A stretch of DNA of 64,000 bases from Bacteroidales bacterium (GTDB lineage Bacteria > Bacteroidota > Bacteroidia > Bacteroidales > B39-G9). The notes under the pieces are model-generated. The model searched no databases, was not told the origin of the DNA, and saw nothing but the letters and a program-made list of their open reading frames with translations. The position numbers were made by a program, and so were the translations under genes. Positions within the stretch are counted from its first letter, which is position 1; every line of letters begins with the position of its first letter. Location: the NCBI GenBank assembly GCA_023133485.1, contig JAGLWK010000067.1:8015-72014 (forward strand). Direction: 5' to 3'. Below are positions 50,477 to 60,502 of the stretch, in pieces.

Positions 50477-52915
50477 TTATTTATTTACAATAAATTTTTT
50501 AGTAATAGTTTGAGTTGCTGAACTAAGTTTTACAATATAAATACCGTTTTCTAAATTAAAGGTATTTATAGAAATATTGTTTTGTCCTGCTTTTAATCTA
50601 TTATCTTGATATATCTTAATAATACTTCTTCCTGTTATATCACATACTGTTAATGAAACATTCGTTACATTTTTCATATTGAATGTTACTATTGCTTCTG
50701 AGGTTACAGGATTAGGATAAATCTCTAATGAAGTAATATTCTCATTAAACATTTCATTATTTATTGATGTGCCAGATTTTTCTTTATTAACAAATAATAA
50801 CTTTTTAGCATATTTCATTGCATTTATATATGGAGATCTGACAATGTATGCCCCATTAATGTTATTTTTATTAAGTTTATTTTCATTCTTTACCTCATCT
50901 AATAAATCCATATTTTCTTTAAGAGTAAGATCCTCTAAAGGATTAATTACAAAAAAGGTACCTTCATCTAATTTTTCTATTAATAAAGGCCATATTTTTT
51001 CACCCTTTGATTTACAAAACTTAATAAAAAGTTTATATTCGTCAGATTCTGCATATTTCTTAGGATCACTATACTGAGAAATTTCCGGTTTAATCCATGT
51101 TTCTTTCCATTTTTCGTATTTATTATTAAATTCATTTTTTGTATCAAATGATATTTCATTAATTTTTGAATTAAGTTTATCAAGTTCATTTGAAGTAAAT
51201 GATACATCATCCATTACTGCTAAACCTTCTAAAATGGCTTCATTCAACGTTATGTTTCTTAATATATCGCCATGAGGTGATATTTGTGAGATTTTTCTAT
51301 AGTATTTATTCACTGAGCCATAAGAATTGCCGTTTAATGCATTGCGTGGATGAAATGTACGCATTAAGCTGCCTGGTTTACTCTCCCAGTCATATCCATG
51401 AGGATTATTGTTACCCGATTTTGTTACAGAACCATGTGTATATGAACCATTTAAAGCCCATAAATCTACAATTGAGTTACTTGATGTAGCACCACTTCTT
51501 GTAAACCTCATTGCTCCAGGATACCTTATATCATAATAAAAATTATCAAAAGAAGCTAACGGGTTCCCTGGTACATAATAGTTAGAGTAATAGCTTGGAG
51601 GCCATTCCCAATAACCAGTAATACCACCAGACCAACTTATACAGTTATAAACGCCTGAAGCAGGTGCAGACTGTATTGCATCGTCAGCTTTTAAGTTAGG
51701 AAAATAAGACATTATATTGCTGTTTTTACATTTAATATATAAATCACATTTTCCTGTTGGATTCCATGAGCCGTAAGATGAAATCAAGGCAGCACCTATT
51801 CGCACAGAGAAGTCTTTTTTAACCCTCGAAGACCAACCCCAATTAAAATCTCCTGAGCCATAATAATCGTCATTTTGTGCTATTATTTTCCCTGGCCATG
51901 TATCGTCAGAAATCCATAAACGACTATCACCTGTTAATTTACAAGTAAAATAATTATAATTTTCAGGGGTTTCATGTGCATTTCTGAAACCATTCCCCGA
52001 AACTGCACAATCATTATAATAATATTGACCATTGACATTTAAATCAACTAATCCACTGCTATTTTGATAATACGACCTTATACGTACATAATATGTACCT
52101 GTATAATTTATTCTGACATTTACAGAAGCAAGTCCATTTGAGTTAGATAAATCGCTCCATGTATAACTATCAGGATGATACTTGCTAAATACTTCCAAAA
52201 CATGTTTATATTTATCTGATGCATAAGTCGTAAAAAAAACTTGTTGTCCTGAAGAAAAATAAAAAGATTTATATGTTGTATATTTAAAGGTTTCATCAAT
52301 ATGATTATAATAATTACCTTCAGGATTAGGAAGTACAATTTTATTTTTTGAACTATCGTCATCTGTCCAAATAACCGGATTATTTTCTCTTTCTTTAATT
52401 TCTTCTTTTATAGAATTTATAAAGTTTTTGTACTTTTCATCCGATATAATAACTTTATCTTTACTTTTAGTAAGTCTTATAAATTCAACTTCCGGTATTT
52501 CAGGTGCTAAAGCTACAAAAGAAATATTATTTGTTCCTTTTTTTAATTTAATAGTTTCTAATTTCAACTCCTCATTTTTTAATTCAACTGTTTGCCAGTT
52601 ACTTTTAGTAGGTCTAATTTTATCTTTTTGTTTTTCATTATTAACTTGAAGGTCATAATTTAAATAACCTTTATTGGTTTTTGCAGCCATAAGCCAGGCA
52701 CTAAGATAAAAATTACCGTCTTCGGGTGATTCTATTTCAAAAATGCGATAGATGTAATCTCCGTCAATTTTCACTTTTGAATTTTTTATTATAACATCGC
52801 CGCCTAACTCTTTATTATTATCAAAGTATTTTTTTTCACTAATATCTTGTCCGAATCCTACCAGTGATAAAATAAGAATCATAATAATTGTTAATAATAA
52901 ACTTTTTGTTTTCAT
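50477..52915 (-). CDS. Hypothetical secreted protein with T9SS type A C-terminal sorting domain
   Basis: Signal peptide. C-terminus LEIYPNPVTSEAIVTF......LTVCDITGRSII......GIYIVKL....TITKKFIVNK. Confidence 0.8.
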   Translation of the reverse strand: MKTKSLLLTIIMILILSLVGFGQDISEKKYFDNNKELGGDVIIKNSKVKIDGDYIYRIFEIESPEDGNFYLSAWLMAAKTNKGYLNYDLQVNNEKQKDKIRPTKSNWQTVELKNEELKLETIKLKKGTNNISFVALAPEIPEVEFIRLTKSKDKVIISDEKYKNFINSIKEEIKERENNPVIWTDDDSSKNKIVLPNPEGNYYNHIDETFKYTTYKSFYFSSGQQVFFTTYASDKYKHVLEVFSKYHPDSYTWSDLSNSNGLASVNVRINYTGTYYVRIRSYYQNSSGLVDLNVNGQYYYNDCAVSGNGFRNAHETPENYNYFTCKLTGDSRLWISDDTWPGKIIAQNDDYYGSGDFNWGWSSRVKKDFSVRIGAALISSYGSWNPTGKCDLYIKCKNSNIMSYFPNLKADDAIQSAPASGVYNCISWSGGITGYWEWPPSYYSNYYVPGNPLASFDNFYYDIRYPGAMRFTRSGATSSNSIVDLWALNGSYTHGSVTKSGNNNPHGYDWESKPGSLMRTFHPRNALNGNSYGSVNKYYRKISQISPHGDILRNITLNEAILEGLAVMDDVSFTSNELDKLNSKINEISFDTKNEFNNKYEKWKETWIKPEISQYSDPKKYAESDEYKLFIKFCKSKGEKIWPLLIEKLDEGTFFVINPLEDLTLKENMDLLDEVKNENKLNKNNINGAYIVRSPYINAMKYAKKLLFVNKEKSGTSINNEMFNENITSLEIYPNPVTSEAIVTFNMKNVTNVSLTVCDITGRSIIKIYQDNRLKAGQNNISINTFNLENGIYIVKLSSATQTITKKFIVNK

Positions 52916-53231
52916 TTTCGTATATTTAAATGTTTAAACTTAATTGTTTTAACAGCCTCATCCCATTCTCTATATTGAGAAAAGTATTTTGTTCGCTGTA
53001 AGATACGGGGTGAGGTTTTTTTTTAATTTTGCTTATAGAAAGATAATAATAACTCCCTGCCCGTCAATTACCTTGTAAAAAACGTGTACAATATGAAAAA
53101 AATCATTTGCACATCTCATAATAGAGAAACTTAATTGTTAAATTATGGACCCATGGTTTTATATTTTTTTAATAATAACTTGTAAAGCTTTGATATTAAG
53201 TAATATCTACTCTGATTAAAACATTTTCGGC

Positions 53232-53710
53232 TTCTGTCTTATATTATAAGACATGAAAAATATGATTTAGTAACCACCCTAAACCGAAAAATTCATAATT
53301 TTTTTACGCATAAGAAGTACCAACAAATTTGTAGTTTTTAACAACCCTAAATTTGGGTACTTCTAATGTGGGATTTCCCGCTTTGCTTCCCCTTATCCAT
53401 CACACATTCATGCAATTCACTCAGTTTTTGCATGAATAAAGCGGGTTAAAATGATTTTTTATAAAAAAATATTCTTTCAGGTTGATTATAATCGTGTTGC
53501 GGGATAATCGTGTAACTTCTCAATAAGTTACAGCAGATAATTAAACCAAACAATAGAACAATAGAACAATAGAACAATAGAACAATTATAATAGTCGTGG
53601 CACGGCTCACTTAAATTAGATGTAAACAACTAATAATCAACATATCCGTGCCACGACTTGCGGGTTTTAGGTAATAAATGGATTTGAATAATATTGTTAG
53701 TAACTATTTC
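53232..53710. repeat. Intergenic repeat, F-type copy F2, carrying two ~155-bp nested insertions
   Basis: Blocks 53232-53305, 53461-53511 and 53669-53710 align to F1. They are interrupted by 53306-53460 and 53512-53668, each with its own hairpins (agaagtacc/ggtacttct; attcatgca/tgcatgaat; gtcgtggcacgg/ccgtgccacgac) and an (acaataga)x4 microrepeat. Confidence 0.8.
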
Positions 53711-54368
53711 TTTTTTCAATTTCAGTTAAAATTTCTTTCGCTTCTTGATTGTAGTAATTGTTTTCATCAGAACTGATTTGTTCTAGAATGCTTTTTGCTT
53801 TATCAATTACACCAATTTTAATATAACAAAGTGCTAAATTTAATTTGATTTTTTCACAATAAAAAGATTGACTGCAATCTTCAATATTTTCAAGTATTTC
53901 TGTTGCTTTATGATAGTTTTCTTTTTCTAAATGTAAAATACTTAAATAAAAAGCAGACGGGAAATTATTTGTGTCAGCATTATTTACTTCGCTTAATATA
54001 TTAAAAGCCTTTTCATAATTTTCTAAATCAAATTCTATTAATCCATGAGCTAATTTATTTTTAACATCTGAACCATTTCTTGTGATAACGTTAGGCTTTT
54101 CGAACACAAAATATTCTGCAAATATTTCATCATTTGTTTTAATGCTGAAATATTTGTCATTTATGTACCAGGATGAAACACATAATATTATTAGAATAAG
54201 TGAAATGCTAAAAACATTTTTTGTTATTTTTTGATTTTTTATCTTTTTTTCAGAGTTATTCATTGAATTATAAAATGCTACTTTTTCCTCATCCTTTAAT
54301 GCGTCCAGAATATCTTGTTGTATTTTTAATTCATTCTGAAGTTCAGAATATTTTATTTTTCCCTTCAT
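53697..54368 (-). CDS. Anti-sigma-like single-pass membrane protein with TPR repeats
   Basis: One TM (VFSISLILIILCVSSWYI). The C-terminus is TPR-like (A...Y..A...L..). Located 1 nt downstream of the sigma-factor gene. Confidence 0.6.
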   Translation of the reverse strand: MKGKIKYSELQNELKIQQDILDALKDEEKVAFYNSMNNSEKKIKNQKITKNVFSISLILIILCVSSWYINDKYFSIKTNDEIFAEYFVFEKPNVITRNGSDVKNKLAHGLIEFDLENYEKAFNILSEVNNADTNNFPSAFYLSILHLEKENYHKATEILENIEDCSQSFYCEKIKLNLALCYIKIGVIDKAKSILEQISSDENNYYNQEAKEILTEIEKRNSY

Positions 54369-54369
54369 T

Positions 54370-54903
54370 TTAATTTCTTTTGTTTAAAAACTTCAAATAT
54401 TTCTTTTTACATCTTGCTTTTTTATTAATAACATATCTTTCTGTATAGCCTAACTCTTCCGCAATCTCTTTTATTGACATATTATTTGCTTTCATCTGAA
54501 ATATTTCACGACATCCTTTATTCAGCTTATTAAGTATTTCCATTACTTTTAAAAACCTCTCATGTTCATCCACTTCATTTTCCCCAAATTCATGAATTCG
54601 AAAATATTCTTCATTTTTCTTCTTTTCATCCTGAGCTGCTTTGGTTTTATCAAGCCATACATTTTTACATGTTTGTAATAAATAATGTTCAAAATTATCA
54701 ATATGTGTTTTTTCTCTTATCTTATCAAATACTTTGATCATTGAAATTTGAAAGACTTCTTTTACATCTTCTCTATTTCCGCCTTTATTTAATATTATGT
54801 TTTTTGCCTTTGGCTTTATCTTTTTTTCAATATAATCAAAAATTGCCTTAGTATTATTATTGATACCTTCAATGATTTCTTTATTGCTAAATTTGTCTCT
54901 CAT
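54370..54903 (-). CDS. RNA polymerase sigma-70 family (ECF-like) factor
   Basis: Region-4 HTH ...CREIFQMKANNMSIKEIAEELGYTERYVINKKARCKKK, plus a region-2-like segment EDVKEVFQISMIKVF...F..YL. Confidence 0.7.
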   Translation of the reverse strand: MRDKFSNKEIIEGINNNTKAIFDYIEKKIKPKAKNIILNKGGNREDVKEVFQISMIKVFDKIREKTHIDNFEHYLLQTCKNVWLDKTKAAQDEKKKNEEYFRIHEFGENEVDEHERFLKVMEILNKLNKGCREIFQMKANNMSIKEIAEELGYTERYVINKKARCKKKYLKFLNKRN

Positions 54904-54991
54904 TAAATAGGACTTAAAAAATTGCTAATTGTAACCAGGTATAAATACTTATTTTTAATTTAATAAACACAAAAAAGTAAATATTTTCAGT

Positions 54992-56275
54992 TTACTTTAG
55001 TAGTAAACATTTTTTCATAATTTTTGATTTTCTGTTCAAATTTAGCTGATAGAAATAAATTCCTGAATCAACAGGTTCATTAGTATCTGTCGTTCCATCC
55101 CAAACCATAGAATTCTGACCTGATTTTATATTTTGATTTATAAGTGATCTAACTTTCTGCCCTTTGATATTATATATTTCTATCTTTGCGTTTTTTATGT
55201 TTTTACAAGATATATTAAAAGATATTGTTGTTGTTGAATTAAATGGATTGGGATAATTCTTTAATTCATATTCTGATTGAATAATTTTAATTGAACTATT
55301 TACATCTCGTTTTGCACATCTAAATCCCAATGCCGGTCCAATATAATCAGGTGTATGTTGAGGAAGACGAAGTGCACATCGTAAGCCAAAAAGTTGTCCG
55401 GTATGCCATGAACCACCCCTAAGGATTTTCCATCTTTCTACTGTTTCGGGGGGACCTTTTGTGTCGGGTTCGCTTGCTTCCGTATTGCTATACCATTGAT
55501 TATTATACCAATCCCATACCCATTCTACAACATTACCTGCCATATCATATAATCCGTATCCGTTTACCATATCAATTCCGGCAGGTATTTGATTTCCATC
55601 ATAATATCCAACAGGTGTAGTCTGAACAGTTTGTGTTTCATAGGGGTCTCCGCTGCCATCATAATTTGCTTTGCTTCCGTCAATATGATCATTTAATGTA
55701 CCACCATAACTCTGCCATGGATAATGATTTGCCACAAGTTCTCCTCGTGCTGCTTTTTCCCATTCCGCTTCAGTTGGTAAACGGTAACCGTTTTCTTCCC
55801 ATTTCACATAGTTATTTTCAAGGTCAATTTGCCCGTTTTGATAAATTGTGTTTTGTGTCGAATCAGTATAGTAAACAGGTGTTAATCCTTCCTTTTCAGA
55901 CCTTGCATTACACCATTTTGCAACATCATACCAACTTATATTATAAACAGGATGATTTAGAGCTTGTGCCTCTCCAACATTATCAAAGCTATATCCATTA
56001 TCAACAGCCCATAAATAAACACTATCCCATTGAGTTTTAAAAACTTCATATTTATCCATGTAAAAGGCACTGATGTAAACCGTATGAACCGGAATTTCTG
56101 TCGGATACCACCATGTTTCGGTAGTATCATAATTGTATCCCATATTAAAATTACCGGCTTCAATAAAAACCATTTCCGGATTTTGTGAATAAGTCATGGA
56201 AATACTTAGATTTATTAAAAGCAATAACAATAAAAGACCTATAATTTTTTTATTTTTTAATTGTAATGAATTCAT
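54992..56275 (-). CDS. Formylglycine-generating-enzyme (SUMF1/FGE-sulfatase, C-type-lectin-fold) domain protein with T9SS type A C-terminal sorting domain
   Basis: MVFIEAGNFNMG, YRLPTEAEWEKAARG, MAGNVVEWVWDWY, ILRGGSW and GFRCAK. Signal peptide present. C-terminus NYPNPFNSTTTISF...IEIYNIKGQKV....GIYFYQL. Confidence 0.85.
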   Translation of the reverse strand: MNSLQLKNKKIIGLLLLLLLINLSISMTYSQNPEMVFIEAGNFNMGYNYDTTETWWYPTEIPVHTVYISAFYMDKYEVFKTQWDSVYLWAVDNGYSFDNVGEAQALNHPVYNISWYDVAKWCNARSEKEGLTPVYYTDSTQNTIYQNGQIDLENNYVKWEENGYRLPTEAEWEKAARGELVANHYPWQSYGGTLNDHIDGSKANYDGSGDPYETQTVQTTPVGYYDGNQIPAGIDMVNGYGLYDMAGNVVEWVWDWYNNQWYSNTEASEPDTKGPPETVERWKILRGGSWHTGQLFGLRCALRLPQHTPDYIGPALGFRCAKRDVNSSIKIIQSEYELKNYPNPFNSTTTISFNISCKNIKNAKIEIYNIKGQKVRSLINQNIKSGQNSMVWDGTTDTNEPVDSGIYFYQLNLNRKSKIMKKCLLLK

Positions 56276-56407
56276 AAATTTTCCTTTTGATAAAATAATT
56301 ATTTTAATATTAAAGTAAATATTTTTTATACCAATTACGTTTATATTGATACAATATACTAATTAAAAAGTTTGATAATATACTGCTGCCTTATTTTTTA
56401 TCTGATA

Positions 56408-56640
56408 ACTTATTGGCATAACAATTTTTCCTGCAAAATAGTAATTTTTTTTATATACAGAGCGGTAATAAATTATACTTTACTTAATTACGTATGTGTT
56501 TAATAATTAATTAATAGAGTGTAATGTGGAAGTTTATTTTATGGTCAGTCGAAGTATATTCTATTTTTTTATTTATAAAATGTTGAATTGCAAATTTAAC
56601 AATAAAAAAAGCGGAATTATAAATTCCGCTTAGCGTAGGA
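56408..56640. repeat. Intergenic mosaic repeat, A/B-type copy AB1 (233 bp); contains the minus-strand terminator of the HMA gene
   Basis: About 95% identical by eye to 60177-60407. On the minus strand, aagcggaatttataattccgctt followed by TTTTTT forms an intrinsic terminator (plus-strand coordinates 56604-56632). Confidence 0.85.
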
Positions 56641-56675
56641 TAAAATCGTTTTGTTAAACCGATAACTATTTTATT

Positions 56676-57059
56676 TTAATGTTTAGGCGCATTGCATGGC
56701 TTATTTTTTACATGATGAATGCAATTGTTGTGTTTTTTAATAGTATCTGTTTCATTCAAATTTTTTGTTTCAAAATCAAGCTTTTGAAGTGCTTTTTCTA
56801 AATTTTCAGCTGTATTTTTACTTTTCTTATACTCTATTACAACTATTTTGGTTTCTAAATTTACTTTTACATTTTTTACGCCTTGTTCGTAAGGAATATT
56901 GTCCATAATTTTTTGTTTGCAATTATTGCATTTTACTGAACATTCAAATTTGGCAACAGCAATATCATTTTTACTGTTTTTTGACACTTCCTGACTAAAA
57001 GAATTAGCAACAAACATAACTGTCAGGCTAATAAACAAATAAAATTTTACTTTTTTCAT
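56676..57059 (-). CDS. Heavy-metal-associated (HMA) domain protein, secreted, with a His/Cys-rich tail
   Basis: Signal peptide. AKFECSVKCNNCKQKI...VKNVKVNL.....IEY shows the CxxC ferredoxin-like HMA pattern. The tail is HNNCIHHVKNKPCNAPKH. Confidence 0.75.
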   Translation of the reverse strand: MKKVKFYLFISLTVMFVANSFSQEVSKNSKNDIAVAKFECSVKCNNCKQKIMDNIPYEQGVKNVKVNLETKIVVIEYKKSKNTAENLEKALQKLDFETKNLNETDTIKKHNNCIHHVKNKPCNAPKH

Positions 57060-57098
57060 AGTTTTAAGTTTTAGATTTAGTTATTAAATTAAAAAAAA

Positions 57099-59309
57099 TT
57101 ATTTATAAGTTTTGATTTTATAGCGTAAACCAATGTAGAATTTACGCCCTGTTAAAGGACCCCAAACCATTGATGCATCAAAATAATCACCAAATGGATC
57201 ATCGGAAGCTATTATAGGTTCATCTTGTGTGAAATCAGTAATATTTTCAACACCAAGGTAAAAGTCCCATCTTTTAAAATATTTTGTTATTTGAGCATTA
57301 AAGATAGCATAAGGATCAAAGCTTTCTGCTTTCTGATATTGAACAGGATTTTGTTCTGTAGATGGCAATATGCCGTTACCATTAAGCTGTGAAGTAAAAT
57401 CGAATTGCCATTTTTTCAAATTTGTATAGTAGCTTATAGTAAATAAACCTTTATACTGATTTACAAGTGGCTTTTGCTGAAATTTATCATTAATAGTTGT
57501 TTTAACATCTGTCCGTCTGAATGCAGTAGTAATATCCAAGCGTTCTAATGGCTCAAATATAAGTTCTATTTGTGCACTATTAGAGTACGAGCGTCCGTTT
57601 AGATTATAAAAGAGAACACTACTCACATCTGTTTCCATATCCACAATAATCTGGTTTATAAATTTTGTCTTATAAAATTCAGTATTTACTGTTAATTCAC
57701 GATTAAAAAGCAGTAAATCCTTTGAGGCAGATATGCCGAAATTCCACGCCTCTTCGGGTAACAATTTTTCCATAACCGTGATTTTTCTGGAACTAACCAA
57801 AGTATAACTGTTTTCTGCAAAAATACAGGAAGTTCGAAAACCTTTTCCTGCCGAACCCCTGATAACGAAACTATCACTAAAATTATATTTTAAATGAAGA
57901 CGTGGTGTATAAAATAATCCGAATAAATTATGAAAATCAGCCCTTAATCCTGCTATTACGGCAAATTTATCTTCGAATAAATAGGTGTACTGAAAAAAAA
58001 TGCCTGGCACATTCTCAATTCTACTAAAATTTTCATTATCAAGCTTTTCGGTAAAATCATCATGTATAAAACTTATTCCGGTTCTAATGTTATGATTTGT
58101 ATTAAACATATAAGTATGAAACATCAGATTAGCATAATAGCTTTTCTGGTTACCATAATAATTACGTAAACCGTAAACAGATGACTGATCGTGCAATTTG
58201 GCAGACTGGATAAAACCAATACTAGTTTTCTGGCGATTAAAAATTATTCCAAATTTATGGAACAATTGTATATTCTTTGTTTCGATATTTACACTGTAGC
58301 CGTTTTCTAAATCATTCGGTTTATCCTTATCATAAGTTATTTGTCCTCCCAACCTATGTTCTTCAAGATATTTTATACCAAATTGAGTTTTAAAATTTTT
58401 GCTATTATATTTCCATCGATTTATAAGGTTGTATTGTTGCAATGTTGGCATATCAACAAATCCATCATTGTTTAAATCGTGCTGGAGTTGGTTGTTTTCT
58501 CCATGTATCAGAATTGCTGAAGACCATTTGTCGTTTAATGCAAAACGATAATTAGAGTTAAGTTCGGTTTTCCCTTTATCATTAGCAAGCAGGTTAAGGT
58601 AAAACTTATTACCGTCGTCAGGCTTTTTATATTCCACATTGATTTGTCCTGTAATTGATTCATACCCGTTTTCAACAGTTGCTGTACCTTTAGAAACCTG
58701 AATACTCTCCATCCAGTGCCCCGGAATATATGTTAAACCGTACATACTTGTTAGTCCTCTGACGAATGGTATTTTTTCTGTCATAATCTGACTGTATTTT
58801 CCGTCCAGACCAAGAAGTTTTATTTGCTTTGCTCCTGTAACAGCATCAGCATAATTAACATCTATCGATGCGTTGGTTTCAAAACTTTCCGATAAATTAC
58901 AGCAAGCTGCTTTTTTAAGTTCACCTCCATCAATATGCTGTACATGTATTGGATCTACTTTGGAAATGTAAGAAAGATTCTTTCTTTCAGATATGTCAAT
59001 TGTATTTAATAGTATTGAGGAAAGCAATGAAATTTTAATATCATCTTGCTTGTCATCAATTTTAATAGTATCCGTTTTATAACCTACATAACTAACAACT
59101 AATTGTTTTGATTTATTTGATCGAATAATATGAAATTTACCATCTTTATTGGTAACGGCTCCTTTATCTGTATCAAGCCATTGCACATTAGCAAAAGGTA
59201 AAATTTCACTTTTGTTTTTGTCTATACCGTAAACAACACCATGTAAATTTTCTTGTGAATTTGCAGATATATTTATCAGCAATACACAGAATATTATATA
59301 ATATTTCAT
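57099..59309 (-). CDS. TonB-dependent receptor with a CarboxypepD_reg-like N-terminal domain
   Basis: N-terminus LHGVVYG......LPFANVQW.DT.KGAVTNKDGKF. Plug-like region (IDGGELKKAA..LSESF..N). A ~600-aa beta-barrel follows. Confidence 0.85.
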   Translation of the reverse strand: MKYYIIFCVLLINISANSQENLHGVVYGIDKNKSEILPFANVQWLDTDKGAVTNKDGKFHIIRSNKSKQLVVSYVGYKTDTIKIDDKQDDIKISLLSSILLNTIDISERKNLSYISKVDPIHVQHIDGGELKKAACCNLSESFETNASIDVNYADAVTGAKQIKLLGLDGKYSQIMTEKIPFVRGLTSMYGLTYIPGHWMESIQVSKGTATVENGYESITGQINVEYKKPDDGNKFYLNLLANDKGKTELNSNYRFALNDKWSSAILIHGENNQLQHDLNNDGFVDMPTLQQYNLINRWKYNSKNFKTQFGIKYLEEHRLGGQITYDKDKPNDLENGYSVNIETKNIQLFHKFGIIFNRQKTSIGFIQSAKLHDQSSVYGLRNYYGNQKSYYANLMFHTYMFNTNHNIRTGISFIHDDFTEKLDNENFSRIENVPGIFFQYTYLFEDKFAVIAGLRADFHNLFGLFYTPRLHLKYNFSDSFVIRGSAGKGFRTSCIFAENSYTLVSSRKITVMEKLLPEEAWNFGISASKDLLLFNRELTVNTEFYKTKFINQIIVDMETDVSSVLFYNLNGRSYSNSAQIELIFEPLERLDITTAFRRTDVKTTINDKFQQKPLVNQYKGLFTISYYTNLKKWQFDFTSQLNGNGILPSTEQNPVQYQKAESFDPYAIFNAQITKYFKRWDFYLGVENITDFTQDEPIIASDDPFGDYFDASMVWGPLTGRKFYIGLRYKIKTYK

Positions 59310-59505
59310 GATTTTTTTCTCCTATATTTGAATGGTAACTTCAAAGATTACATTTCATAGTCAATTTAATAGTAATTCGTGATTTGTAATCAGCAAATTT
59401 GAAACTTGCAAATAACAAATAACTGACTACTTGAATAAAAGATATAATTTTAGAAGTAACCTTATTAATAAATTATTAGATAATTGAATTAGTATGAAAA
59501 ATATA

Positions 59506-59958
59506 TCATAAAATCCAAACATTAATAAAGGATAGGTAATTTGAGATTTGTTTAAAGTGAATGACAGTATCAAAAAAAGAGCGAAGAATTTTACTCTTTT
59601 CTTGTGATTCATTAGTAATTAGAACTGTTATTAAGGGTATAATATGATTAACTATAATATGTTTTTTGGAAATAAATGGCTTGGAAATTCTATAAATCAG
59701 AGTTTTATATTTGCAGCATTTGTTATGAACAGGACAAATTTGTTTGTCGCTTTTGTTATGACTATTACTTATATTATATGTTTTTGTTTTATGTGATTCA
59801 TGATGCGATGTACAACATTTTTCTTTCACACTTAATAAATGTATGTCTTTATTATTACATGATAAGCAAGTATGTTCAGTTAAAACAATACCCGAAGAAA
59901 ATATTATAAAAATGCTCAGGATAATACTGCTAATGATATGTAAAATAGTTTTTTTCAT
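59506..59958 (-). CDS. Small membrane-anchored Cys/His-rich putative metal-binding protein
   Basis: N-terminal TM, then EHTCLSC, KCCTSHHESH and CPVHNKCC motifs. It is the first gene of the receptor/HMA operon. It resembles the small HYC/CC-motif proteins found next to such receptors in Bacteroidota (recalled from memory, not verified). Confidence 0.55.
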   Translation of the reverse strand: MKKTILHIISSIILSIFIIFSSGIVLTEHTCLSCNNKDIHLLSVKEKCCTSHHESHKTKTYNISNSHNKSDKQICPVHNKCCKYKTLIYRISKPFISKKHIIVNHIIPLITVLITNESQEKSKILRSFFDTVIHFKQISNYLSFINVWIL

Positions 59959-60125
59959 TTATTGATTAACAAATGTACGATATATTCTTGTTTTTCAAGT
60001 ATAATATTGCTAAAAAAAATCAAAAACTTAAGGGTAAATACAAGGTAGTAAAAATTCTTGATTCTTTTTTTGATGAGAAAGAAATAGATAAATTTTACCA
60101 CCAAGCTTAAGAAGTTACTTTGGTA

Positions 60126-60455
60126 AGCGAAATTGCAAACCTGACTGCCGTTAGGCAGGTTTCCGCTTTTGTCCACCTTATTGGCATAACAATTTTTCCT
60201 GCAAAATAATAAATTTTTTTATATACAGAGCGGTAATAAATTATACTTTACTTAATTACGTATGTGTTTAATAATTAATTAATAGAGTGTAATGTGGAAG
60301 TTCATTTTATGATCTGTCGAAGTATATTCTATTTTCTTATTTATAAAATGTTGAATTGTAAATTTAACAATAAAAAAAGCGGAATTGCAAATTCCGATTA
60401 GATGAGAAAATATTTTTATTATTTTATTTGGTTAAGTCTTAGAATTCGATTGTGT
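60126..60455. repeat. Intergenic mosaic repeat, C + A/B-type copy AB2
   Basis: gcgaaattgcaaacctgactgccgttaggcaggtttccgcttttgtcca.cttattggcataacaatttttcctgcaaaata... matches 62155-62385 and 56408-56640. It contains the terminator hairpin gcggaattgcaaattccg plus an A-run (T-run on the minus strand). Confidence 0.85.
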
Positions 60456-60502
60456 GGCGTTTTTTCTCTATTGTCGTCATATACTTGTCAATATAATTTT
60501 TA

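Noticed and set aside
54992-56275. Diversity-generating retroelement targeting the FGE/C-type-lectin-fold protein.
   Set aside because: No reverse transcriptase gene is present in the window, and I saw no template-repeat copy of the 3' part of the lectin-fold domain.
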